Assembly: GCA_038256565.1 (NCBI GenBank)
Contig: JBBSKG010000002.1
Coordinates: forward strand, 1-56,334
Direction of reading: 5' to 3'
Source of the DNA: Acidimicrobiales bacterium
GTDB taxonomy: Bacteria; Actinomycetota; Acidimicrobiia; Acidimicrobiales; CADCSY01
DNA length: 56,334 nt
Shown here: positions 34,229-42,788 of the stretch, in pieces
How the letters are laid out: each line of letters opens with the position of its first letter
Position numbering within the stretch: position 1 is the stretch's first letter
The notes under the pieces: generated by a model
The model's database searches: none
Told to the model about the DNA's origin: nothing
Seen by the model: only the letters and a program-made list of their open reading frames with translations
Made by a program: the position numbers and the translations under genes

Positions 34229-34427
34229 CAGCGACAGCCTTTACTAATTCCACGCGATCGCCATTGACCAACACGGTGGTAGAGGTTTCGGTGCGGGCAA
34301 CGGGCATGCCGTTGCGTTCTGTTACGACCCATTTGGCGTCGAGATCTAGTTGCGCAAACAGATCGGTCATGGTCGCACCGTCATTAACTTCGACCGTTTT
34401 ACCGTTGACGATGATGGTTGAAGCCAA
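34221..34427 (-). CDS. thiS: Sulfur carrier protein ThiS
   Basis: 68 aa. Ubiquitin-like small protein ending in GG (VELVKAVAGG). It overlaps thiE by 8 nt. Confidence 0.85.
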   Translation of the reverse strand: MASTIIVNGKTVEVNDGATMTDLFAQLDLDAKWVVTERNGMPVARTETSTTVLVNGDRVELVKAVAGG

Positions 34428-34437
34428 TGTTTGGGCC

Positions 34438-35022
34438 CTACCCGTCCTTGCCTTTGCCGGCAGCCTTCATGGCTTTCTTAAACGCCCGAACCTGTAGAAG
34501 GGATTCCGGGGAGTCGACGTCAGCGACAGAGCGATGTTTCTTATCAGAGAACGGTATAGAAGCTGCTTCCCATCCGGGTGGACGCACGCCCATGCGTTTG
34601 GCTAAGAGGGCCAAAAAGATACGCGCCTTCTCATTCCCAAAGCCTGGTAGTGCCTGTAGGCGATCGAGAAGGTCATCGCCCGTGGTTGCTTTGGTCCATA
34701 TGTTGTCAGCTTTTCCGCCATAGTTGTCGACCAGCATCTGGCACAGCAATTGGGTCCGCTTTGCCATTGTGTTGGGGTAGCGATGCAGCGCAGGTTTTTC
34801 TCGAAATACCGCTTCAAGTTCATCAGGAGACATCGCAGCGATCTTCTTTGCATTCAGCTTTCCACCAAGGCGCTCAGCAAGTTTGGCGGGGGCAGCAAAG
34901 GCCCATTCCATGGTGACTTGTTGGTCAAGCAACATGCCGATGAGCAATGCCAACGGGTCACGAACCAAAAGTGAATCTGCTTTGGGGTCACCAGTGATCG
35001 GAAGAACAGCGGTCTTGGCCAT
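34438..35022 (-). CDS. HhH-GPD-type base excision DNA repair family protein
   Basis: 194 aa. LLIGMLLDQQVTMEWAF and LQALPGFGNEKARIFLALL (helix-hairpin-helix) motifs. Confidence 0.75.
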   Translation of the reverse strand: MAKTAVLPITGDPKADSLLVRDPLALLIGMLLDQQVTMEWAFAAPAKLAERLGGKLNAKKIAAMSPDELEAVFREKPALHRYPNTMAKRTQLLCQMLVDNYGGKADNIWTKATTGDDLLDRLQALPGFGNEKARIFLALLAKRMGVRPPGWEAASIPFSDKKHRSVADVDSPESLLQVRAFKKAMKAAGKGKDG

Positions 35023-35053
35023 GGGTCAGACGTTAGCGGTTATAAAATTAGAT

Positions 35054-37753
35054 TCAGGCAATAAGTGGGTCGATTGACGAGGGGTCTATGCCATAACGAG
35101 CGATGGCATCATCGACGACACTGGGTTCGACCTTGCCATCTATGCATAAACCGTGGAGGACGCCCACCACGATGTGGGCAGCATCGGTTTCAAAGTGACG
35201 CCGTAGTGCCTCGCGGGTGTCGCTTCGTCCAAAGCCATCGGTTCCGAGAGCAAGATAGGTCCGAGGAACCCATCGGCTGACTTGGTCGGGCACTGATTTC
35301 ATGAAATCGGTGACGGCAATCACCGGACCTTGTGAGTCTTCAAGCATGTGAGTTACCCAGGGCGTGCGGGGAGGCTGTGATGGGTGAAGACGGTTCCATC
35401 GTTCGACACCAAGTGCGTCTTCTCGTAACGCTTTGTACGAAGTGGCAGACCAGAGCTCAGCGCCGATGTTGTAATGCTCGCTAAGTTGTTTTTGCGCCTC
35501 TTGAGCTGCTGGCCAAGCAGAGCCCGAGAACATGATCGTCGCTTGGGTGGCTAGACCATCGGGGGCCTCAGAGAAGCGGTACAGACCGCGAACAATGCCC
35601 TGCTCAGCTCCCTCGGGCATGGTGGGCATGACATAGGCCTCGTTGTAGAGAGTGAGATAGTAAAAAATGTCTTCGCCATCACCGATCATGCGACGACACC
35701 CATCTTCTATAAGCGTTGCCAGCTCATAGGCAAAGGCAGGGTCGTAGGCCGCACAGTTGGGCACTGTTGAGGCGAGCACCAAACTGTGGCCATCTTCATG
35801 CTGGAGCCCCTCGCCGTTCAAGGTGGTGCGTCCCGCGGTGGCACCAAGTAAAAAGCCTCGCCCTCGTTGGTCTCCAAGGCTCCAGATGAGATCGCCCACC
35901 CGCTGGAACCCGAACATGGAATAGAAGATGTAGAAAGGCAGCATCGAGATGCCATGTGTTGCATATGCCGTTGCGGCAGCAATGAAGCTCGACATGGCAC
36001 CGGCCTCGGTGATGCCTTCTTCAAGAATTTGACCTGACTGAGATTCTCGATAGGTCAACAACAAGTCGGCATCAACTGGTTCGTAGACCTGACCAAGCGC
36101 GGCATAAATACCGATCTCACGAAAGAGTCCATCGAGGCCAAATGTACGGGCTTCATCAGGGATGATCGGCACGACTCGCTGACCAATAGTTTCGTCACGA
36201 ATCAGATTGCGTAGCATGCGAGCGAAGACCATCGTGGTGGAGACCTCTTGGTTTTTAGAACCACTGCGAAATTCAACAAATGTTTTGGGGTCGGGAATAT
36301 TGGGCAGACCCAACGAGCGACGGTGCCTGATGATTCGCTTAGGGACGCTGCCGCCGAGGGCTCGGCGACGCTCCACCATGTATTGATATTCGGGACTGTC
36401 TGGCGGGGGGCAGTAATAAGGCGGAAGGCCTTCTTCGAGCGCACTGTCAGGCACTTCTTCTTCAAGAAAGAGCCGATCTCTAAATGCCTTGATCTGAGCC
36501 GTTTCCATTTTCTTGATTTGGTGGGTCGCATTGCGCCCCTCGACGTCGGGGCCAAGCGTCCAGCCCTTGATCGTTTTCGCCAAGATCACAGTCGGCGCAC
36601 CTTCATGTTCAACCGCTGCTTTATAGGCGGCATAAAGCTTCCGGTAGTCGTGACCGCCTCGTGGCAAGTTGCGCAGATCTTCATCGCTGAGATGGTCGAC
36701 CATCTTACGCAGCCTTGGATCAGGGCCAAAGAAGTGTTCTCGAATGTATGCGCCAGATTCAACCGAGTATTTCTGGAACTGTCCGTCGACCGTGGTGGTC
36801 ATCTTGTCAAGCAGCACCCCGTCTATGTCTCGCGCAAGAAGTTCATCCCATTTGGTTCCCCAGATGGTCTTAATCACGTTCCATCCAGCACCTCGAAACA
36901 CCGCTTCGAGTTCTTGGATGATCTTTCCATTGCCACGCACGGGCCCATCGAGGCGTTGAAGGTTGCAGTTGACGACAAACGTCAGATTATCGAGACGTTC
37001 GCGCGCTGCGATCGATAGAGCGCCGAGTGACTCAGGCTCGTCGCACTCGCCATCGCCTAGAAAACACCAAACCCGTGAACCACTGGTATCGACAATTTGG
37101 CGGTTGTGCAGATAGCGATTGAACCGGGCTTGATAGATGGCAGTGAGTGGGCCTAGTCCCATCGACACCGTGGGGAACTCCCAAAAGTCTGGCATGAGCC
37201 GGGGGTGTGGGTAGCTGGAAAGTCCATTGCCACCGACCTCTCGGCGAAAGTTGTCGAGCTGGTCTTCTGTGAGTCGACCTTCTAAAAATGCGCGTGCATA
37301 AATACCAGGAGCGGCGTGGCCTTGAAAGTAGATCTGGTCACCCGCTCGACCGTCATCTTTTCCACGGAAGAAATGATTGAAGCCCACTTCATATAGAGAT
37401 GCCGATGAGGCGTACGTTGCGAGGTGACCACCAATGCCATCGGAGTGTTTGTTGGCACGCACCACCATTGCCGCAGCGTTCCAGCGGATGTAAGCCCGAA
37501 TGCGTCGTTCAAGATGTTCATCACCTGGAAACCAGGCTTGTTCTTCAGGCGGAATGCTATTGACATAGGGGCTAGAAACGGTTGCAGGAATGCCAACCTG
37601 CAGCGCACGCGCTCGCTCTAGAAGTTTGGCAACGATGAACTGTGCCCGGGTCTTGCCCCTGTGATTGACGACTGCATCGAGACTGTCGAGCCACTCTTGA
37701 GTTTCGACTGGGTCAATGTCGGGAAGCTGTTGGACGAAGCCGTCAAAGATCAT
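35054..37753 (-). CDS. aceE: Pyruvate dehydrogenase E1 component, homodimeric type
   Basis: 899 aa. The N-terminus DPVETQEWLDSLDAV, the GGHLATYASSA and ThDP-binding GDGECDEPES motifs, and the length are typical of AceE. Confidence 0.95.
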   Translation of the reverse strand: MIFDGFVQQLPDIDPVETQEWLDSLDAVVNHRGKTRAQFIVAKLLERARALQVGIPATVSSPYVNSIPPEEQAWFPGDEHLERRIRAYIRWNAAAMVVRANKHSDGIGGHLATYASSASLYEVGFNHFFRGKDDGRAGDQIYFQGHAAPGIYARAFLEGRLTEDQLDNFRREVGGNGLSSYPHPRLMPDFWEFPTVSMGLGPLTAIYQARFNRYLHNRQIVDTSGSRVWCFLGDGECDEPESLGALSIAARERLDNLTFVVNCNLQRLDGPVRGNGKIIQELEAVFRGAGWNVIKTIWGTKWDELLARDIDGVLLDKMTTTVDGQFQKYSVESGAYIREHFFGPDPRLRKMVDHLSDEDLRNLPRGGHDYRKLYAAYKAAVEHEGAPTVILAKTIKGWTLGPDVEGRNATHQIKKMETAQIKAFRDRLFLEEEVPDSALEEGLPPYYCPPPDSPEYQYMVERRRALGGSVPKRIIRHRRSLGLPNIPDPKTFVEFRSGSKNQEVSTTMVFARMLRNLIRDETIGQRVVPIIPDEARTFGLDGLFREIGIYAALGQVYEPVDADLLLTYRESQSGQILEEGITEAGAMSSFIAAATAYATHGISMLPFYIFYSMFGFQRVGDLIWSLGDQRGRGFLLGATAGRTTLNGEGLQHEDGHSLVLASTVPNCAAYDPAFAYELATLIEDGCRRMIGDGEDIFYYLTLYNEAYVMPTMPEGAEQGIVRGLYRFSEAPDGLATQATIMFSGSAWPAAQEAQKQLSEHYNIGAELWSATSYKALREDALGVERWNRLHPSQPPRTPWVTHMLEDSQGPVIAVTDFMKSVPDQVSRWVPRTYLALGTDGFGRSDTREALRRHFETDAAHIVVGVLHGLCIDGKVEPSVVDDAIARYGIDPSSIDPLIA

Positions 37754-37826
37754 CCCGCCATGCTCGCACCCCCACAGGCATTTCGCGCGCCATTTCTACG
37801 GGTTATTGCGACATGTCGCTGACGCT

Positions 37827-38957
37827 CTAGGTTGAGTGGTTGCGTAACGTGGCCCATTCCAGCGCCCGGGTTATGTCGGTTGCGGTAACAATGCCGACCA
37901 AATGCCCTCTTTCGATGACGAGTACGCGGTTCTCGGGGCCTTGCATGCGTCCAATTAAATCGACCAGTCGATCGTTGGGATCTGCAGTTGGAATTTCCTC
38001 GATCGCACGTGCGACGTCTTTGACAGTTAGTTCACGACGCTGAATCAGTGGAATGCCCTTTATGTGGGCAAGGGTCACTAAACCGGTCACGGACCCCGTC
38101 TCGTTAACGATAGGAAAGGCTGAAAAGCGATGACGAAAGGTGTATTCCTCAAGGAGGTCTTCGATACTTATGTCGGGTGTCACGGTTACTGGCTCAGGGG
38201 TCATGACTTCGCAAACCTTCGTGTCTTTTAAGACATCTCGCAGCAGGACCCCCTCTTCTTCTGCGCGTGCTGCACCCAGGAGAAACCATCCAAGAAAGAC
38301 AAACCATAGGCCACCCAGCGATCCGCCAGCTGCAAATTCCAGCAGCCCTAACGAGATAAGAAAGTAACCAAAAAAGCGGCCAGCCCGGGCTGCTGTTCTT
38401 GTGGCCTGAATGCGGTCACCGTTACGTAGCCACAAAAAGGCCCGAAGAACCCGTCCACCGTCAAGCGGATAGGCGGGCGCAAGATTGAACAGAGCTAGCA
38501 CGATGTTGATGCGGCCAAGCCATGCGGGGACACGACTGACGAGTCCAGAAGCACCGACGGAATCGATCAACAGAGCAACCGAGATAAACATCAACCCGAT
38601 TCCCAGGCTAATAGCAGGTCCTATCGCTGCAACCCGTAGTTCAGAGCGAGCACTGGAAGCCTCGCCGCCCATCTTTGAAACACCACCAAACAGCCACAAG
38701 GTGATGCCTTCGACCACTATTCCCGACCGCCGTGCGAGGAGGGAATGGCCCATCTCATGGGCCAAAAGCGAGCTGAAGAACAGTGTCGCTGTTACTAGGC
38801 CGGTGATCCAGTAGGCCAGATGACTTTGCTCTGGTACTTCTTGTGGGAATACTTCGGTGGCCAGACTCCAGGTAATGAGCCAAAAGATAACGAGCACACT
38901 CCAATTAATGCCCACTCGAATACCGGCGATTCGCCCAAGACTTAGGTTCTCTTCCAC
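37827..38957 (-). CDS. M50-family site-2 metalloprotease with tandem CBS domains
   Basis: 376 aa. HEMGHSLLA zinc motif and NLAPAYPLDGGR motif. The C-terminal CBS pair contains VMTPEPVTVTPD and VLVIERGHLVGIVTATD. Confidence 0.9.
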   Translation of the reverse strand: MEENLSLGRIAGIRVGINWSVLVIFWLITWSLATEVFPQEVPEQSHLAYWITGLVTATLFFSSLLAHEMGHSLLARRSGIVVEGITLWLFGGVSKMGGEASSARSELRVAAIGPAISLGIGLMFISVALLIDSVGASGLVSRVPAWLGRINIVLALFNLAPAYPLDGGRVLRAFLWLRNGDRIQATRTAARAGRFFGYFLISLGLLEFAAGGSLGGLWFVFLGWFLLGAARAEEEGVLLRDVLKDTKVCEVMTPEPVTVTPDISIEDLLEEYTFRHRFSAFPIVNETGSVTGLVTLAHIKGIPLIQRRELTVKDVARAIEEIPTADPNDRLVDLIGRMQGPENRVLVIERGHLVGIVTATDITRALEWATLRNHST

Positions 38958-39048
38958 GGGATTGCTCCGATTCTCAAGATGAGAGCCGAAAGTGCCACGG
39001 CACCATGGTGGGCCGCCAGGGTCTTTGCGCCCTAATTTATGGGCGTTT

Positions 39049-41307
39049 TTACGTGTTGGACTTTGCCCCGGTGCTCTCTTCAGCTAGGGCAAGGTCAATC
39101 TCGTCTTCGAGGGGTGCATCGACGTCGTCTAGCAACACAGAGAGGGGTTCGCTCTCGCTTTCGATGCTGAGAGTGGGCAATATCTTGTCGAGCCAACGGG
39201 GAAGCCACCAGTTAGCTGGGCCGAGCAACTCCATTGTTGCGGGCACAAGCAACATGCGTACCACCGTGGCGTCAATGAAAATTGCACAAGCGAGGCCAAG
39301 GCCGAACAGCTTGATGACTCGATTGTCGCCAAGAACGAAGGACAAGAATACCGAAATCATGATGGCCGCAGCAGCGGTTATCACTTTGGCCGTGGTGGCT
39401 AGACCGTCGGCGACAGACACAGCGTTATCATTTGTTCGAATCCACTCTTCACGTACTCGAGAAAGTAGAAACACCTCGTAATCCATCGATAGTCCGAAGA
39501 GGATCGCAAACATCATCATGGGCGCAAACGATTCGATGGGCCCTACTCGGTCGATGCCTATTAGGTCTTTGCCCCAACCCCATTGGAAGACAGCAACGAC
39601 TACTCCGTAAGCCGCGCTGATGGAGAGCATATTCATGATGGCAGCCTTTAGAGGTACCAACAGCGAGCGGAACACCACCATTAAAAGCAGGAAAGAAAGC
39701 ACGATCACAGCGCCGATGAACAACGGTAAACGTTTGGCTAGGTGGTTTCCCATGTCGGCGAACAAAGCGGTGACACCACCGACGTGTACTTCAAGATCAG
39801 TGCCGTCAATAGCCTCTGGAATTACCTTGTTGCGTAGTCTGGTGATGAGTTCTTCAGTGCGTTCATCTTGTGGCGAGGTTTTTGGGTAGACGATGAGAAT
39901 CGCAGCGTCCCTCTTCTCATTAGGTATGACAGGCAGGACACGATCGACGTTGTTTTCTTCTCCGATTGCTGTCGCTAGAGCATTCATCGTCTTCATGTCG
40001 CTGGCCTCATCGCCAGTATTGCCAGCGCCAGGCAAGGTTGCAGCTAACAGAAGTGGGCCATTACGCCCAGGCCCGAAGCCTTCGGTCAAAAGATCATAAG
40101 AACGACGTGTGGTCATTGATCTTGGGTCGTTGCCAGCATCAGCAGAACCCAGACGAATTGAGAGCGAGGGCACCGACAGGGTGAGAAGGATGGTGAGTCC
40201 AACGGTTGCTCCAAGCCAGGGGTGACGCTGGATAAAACGACTCCAGCGGAACCATCTGGATTCGCGATGTGCACTTTCATCAGTACGAATCCCTGGAATG
40301 TGCAATCGGTCGATCGAGTGACCCACGAAACCCAACACGGCAGGGAGAAGCGTTACCGACGCAATAATCGTGAGCAACACAACCACGGCGGTCGCCATGG
40401 CAAGGCCGCGGACAAACGGTAGGCCCATCAGCAACATGCCAAGCAGAGAGATGATGACGATCGTTCCTGCAAAGACAACCGCACGTCCTGAAGTGTTTAT
40501 TGATGTGGTGGTCGCTTCTTCGGGGCTCAGACCAGCATGGAGACCTTGGCGATAGCGCGTGACGATGAACAGCGCGTAGTCGATGCCAACGCCCAAACCG
40601 ATCATCGATGCCATAGGAGTCACAAAGAAAGGAAGATCGATAACGGTCAGCGACAAGGTGATAAGTGCCATTCCGGTACCGAGTGCAAACAACGCCGTCA
40701 TGATTGGCAGCCCCATTGCCACGACGGAACCAAAGGTCAAGAGCAAAATAACCGCAGCAAGAACCAGGCCTCCGCCTGAGTCTTGGGCTGAGCTTGCTTG
40801 TTCTAGAAACTGAATTACAACGCCGCCGAGTTCAATCTGAAGGTCATCGCCGTCGGCTTCAGTGGCCAGTTCTCTCATGGAGTCAATGGTTGACTTCGGC
40901 ACCTCGGGCCCTTGTACGTCGAATTGCACTGCGGCAAATGCGATTGTGCCATCGGGTGAGGTAGCGAATTCGGGCGGCAACAGGTAAGGGGAACGGACGC
41001 CTGAAACATGAGGAAGTTTTTCTACTTCTGTAAACACACGTTCCATGCGGGCTTTGATGCCGGGGTCAGTGATTTTTTGCGAACCCATTGTTGTGAAGGT
41101 GATGTCAGCAGTAGAACCCGAAAAAGCAGGGAAGCGCTCGAGGAGAAGGTCAAAAGCTTTCTGCGATTCTGCACCTGGCAGTTTGAAGTTGGTCGCGAAC
41201 TCACCGCCAGACGTGAAGGCGAGAGCTCCTGTTACGGCTAAGGAAAGGACCCAGCTAATGACGACAAACTTCCGTTTGCGATAACACCATCTCCCCAGAC
41301 GTTCCAT
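39049..41307 (-). CDS. MMPL-family (RND superfamily) membrane transporter
   Basis: 752 aa with two repeated 6-TM blocks. GIDYALFIVTRYRQ and SMDYEVFLLSRVRE are typical MMPL motifs. Confidence 0.9.
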   Translation of the reverse strand: MERLGRWCYRKRKFVVISWVLSLAVTGALAFTSGGEFATNFKLPGAESQKAFDLLLERFPAFSGSTADITFTTMGSQKITDPGIKARMERVFTEVEKLPHVSGVRSPYLLPPEFATSPDGTIAFAAVQFDVQGPEVPKSTIDSMRELATEADGDDLQIELGGVVIQFLEQASSAQDSGGGLVLAAVILLLTFGSVVAMGLPIMTALFALGTGMALITLSLTVIDLPFFVTPMASMIGLGVGIDYALFIVTRYRQGLHAGLSPEEATTTSINTSGRAVVFAGTIVIISLLGMLLMGLPFVRGLAMATAVVVLLTIIASVTLLPAVLGFVGHSIDRLHIPGIRTDESAHRESRWFRWSRFIQRHPWLGATVGLTILLTLSVPSLSIRLGSADAGNDPRSMTTRRSYDLLTEGFGPGRNGPLLLAATLPGAGNTGDEASDMKTMNALATAIGEENNVDRVLPVIPNEKRDAAILIVYPKTSPQDERTEELITRLRNKVIPEAIDGTDLEVHVGGVTALFADMGNHLAKRLPLFIGAVIVLSFLLLMVVFRSLLVPLKAAIMNMLSISAAYGVVVAVFQWGWGKDLIGIDRVGPIESFAPMMMFAILFGLSMDYEVFLLSRVREEWIRTNDNAVSVADGLATTAKVITAAAAIMISVFLSFVLGDNRVIKLFGLGLACAIFIDATVVRMLLVPATMELLGPANWWLPRWLDKILPTLSIESESEPLSVLLDDVDAPLEDEIDLALAEESTGAKSNT

Positions 41308-41459
41308 TGATTATCTCCTGTTGATGTTCATCGTGATGGCCTGATTTAGTACTTACTCATTTGTACATGCTGTCTACGCCGCGTGACCAGTTTTGATACA
41401 AACAGAGCAACAAAAAGTCCTTGTCGCATTGTCATGCCCTCATTCACTACAGTGCGCTC

Positions 41460-42626
41460 ATGGATTTCGAACTCCCCGCAGAAGACGACCCTCGCCGCAT
41501 TTCCGTTCGCACATGGCTTGTCGATAATCCTTCGCCCTCTGGGCGTCAACTGGCTGAAGCGGGTTATGTCGTGCCTCACTGGGTTGCGCCATGGGGTCTC
41601 GATGCAGACCCAATTCACCAATTGATCATTGATGACGAGTTGAAACGTGCTCGGGTGGGACGCCCCATGAACCCAATTGGTATTGGTTGGGCTGGCCCTA
41701 CGATCGTGCACGCTGGCACGCCTGAACAAAAAGAGCGCTACCTCTTTCCTCTGTTGGCAGGCGAAGAAATGTGGTGTCAGCTATTTAGTGAACCTGGTGC
41801 GGGGTCTGATCTTGCCAACTTGGGTACACGCGCCATTCGTGATGGCGACGAGTACATCGTTAATGGTTCAAAGATCTGGACCTCTCTTGCTCAGTGGTCG
41901 AAGTTCGGAATTCTCATTGCCCGGACCAACCCTGATGCAGTGAAGCACAAGGGCGTTTCGTATTTCATCTGCCCAATGGATACTCCTGGAATTGAGATTC
42001 GCCCGATCATCGAGATGACTGGTGGACATACCTTTAATGAGGTCTTTTTTACTGACGTGCGCATTCCTGCAGAGAACTTGGTCGGACAAGAAAACGAAGG
42101 TTGGACCTTGGCAAAGGTGACTCTTGGCAACGAACGGGTTTCGTTGTCTGGCGGCGGAGCGCTTTGGGGTAACGGCCCATCTGCTGTTGATTTGATTGAC
42201 CTGGTCCGCAAGCAAGGTGGAGTCAGCGACCCGGTCCTTCGTCAAAAGGTCGCGAAGCTTCACATTGAGGCAGAGATCCTTCGTCTCATCCGCCTTCGTA
42301 CTGTGACAGCAGCGATCAAGGGCCGTCCTCCTGGACCCGAGGCCTCAGTGCGCAAGGCACTATCTGATGAACATGGCCAGAACATCATGGGCTTGGCGAA
42401 AGAACTTTCGGGTGCAGGCGGCATGCTTGCAGATCATGGCCCTCTGGGAGCACCTGCAGACATGTGGCATCATGGGTTCCTTTTTGCCCCAGCCTTGACT
42501 GTTGGCGGGGGAACTTCTGAGGTGCAGCGCAACATTATTGGCGAACGCGTGCTCGATCTTCCTCATGACATCGATGTAGAGGCTGGCAAGTCGTGGAGTG
42601 GAGCAAGGCGGACGCAAACGGTCTGA
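41460..42626 (+). CDS. Acyl-CoA dehydrogenase family protein
   Basis: WCQLFSEPGAGSDLANLGTRAIRDGDEYIVNGSKIWTS and GGTSEVQRNIIGERVLDLP. I chose ATG 41460 (MDFELPAEDD) over track start 41421. It is a close paralog of 13449..14738. Confidence 0.9.
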   Translation: MDFELPAEDDPRRISVRTWLVDNPSPSGRQLAEAGYVVPHWVAPWGLDADPIHQLIIDDELKRARVGRPMNPIGIGWAGPTIVHAGTPEQKERYLFPLLAGEEMWCQLFSEPGAGSDLANLGTRAIRDGDEYIVNGSKIWTSLAQWSKFGILIARTNPDAVKHKGVSYFICPMDTPGIEIRPIIEMTGGHTFNEVFFTDVRIPAENLVGQENEGWTLAKVTLGNERVSLSGGGALWGNGPSAVDLIDLVRKQGGVSDPVLRQKVAKLHIEAEILRLIRLRTVTAAIKGRPPGPEASVRKALSDEHGQNIMGLAKELSGAGGMLADHGPLGAPADMWHHGFLFAPALTVGGGTSEVQRNIIGERVLDLPHDIDVEAGKSWSGARRTQTV

Positions 42627-42788
42627 GGGCCCGCACCTACGCTTGGCTTATTAGGTGGATTACACTTACTGGAAATTCACGTGAGAAGGAAGCTGAACGT
42701 GGTAGGTCTAACTTACTGCTAATTGCTCATAGCATTTGGTGGCCAAGAGCACTATCGACTCATATCCAGCTGGGAGAATAAGCACACA

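Noticed and set aside
36248-37018. 256-aa plus-strand ORF inside aceE. There is a similar 224-aa minus-strand ORF at 45448..46122 inside the secreted-protein gene.
   Set aside because: It is antisense to a confidently identified or better-supported gene and has no motifs or ribosome-binding context.
38985-39012. GCCGAAAGTGCCACGGCACCA resembles the GGCCGAAAGTGA..CACCA core of the MITE-like repeat.
   Set aside because: Only about 10 contiguous matching nt are present, with no terminal inverted repeats and no TTAG flanks. That is too short to call a fourth copy.
39027-39050. Hairpin GCGCCC-TAATTTAT-GGGCG followed by TTTTT, considered as a possible terminator.
   Set aside because: The T-run follows the stem only on the + strand, but both neighbouring genes (M50 protease and MMPL) are on the - strand. 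For the MMPL gene the stem is not followed by a U-tract, so I did not list it as a feature.
42627-42788. Possible riboswitch or leader upstream of the Liv permease gene, with direct repeat ACTTACTG at 42664..42671 and 42711..42718 and a CACGTG motif.
   Set aside because: I could not recognise any known riboswitch or T-box consensus or a convincing terminator/antiterminator pair. The repeats are short enough to be chance.
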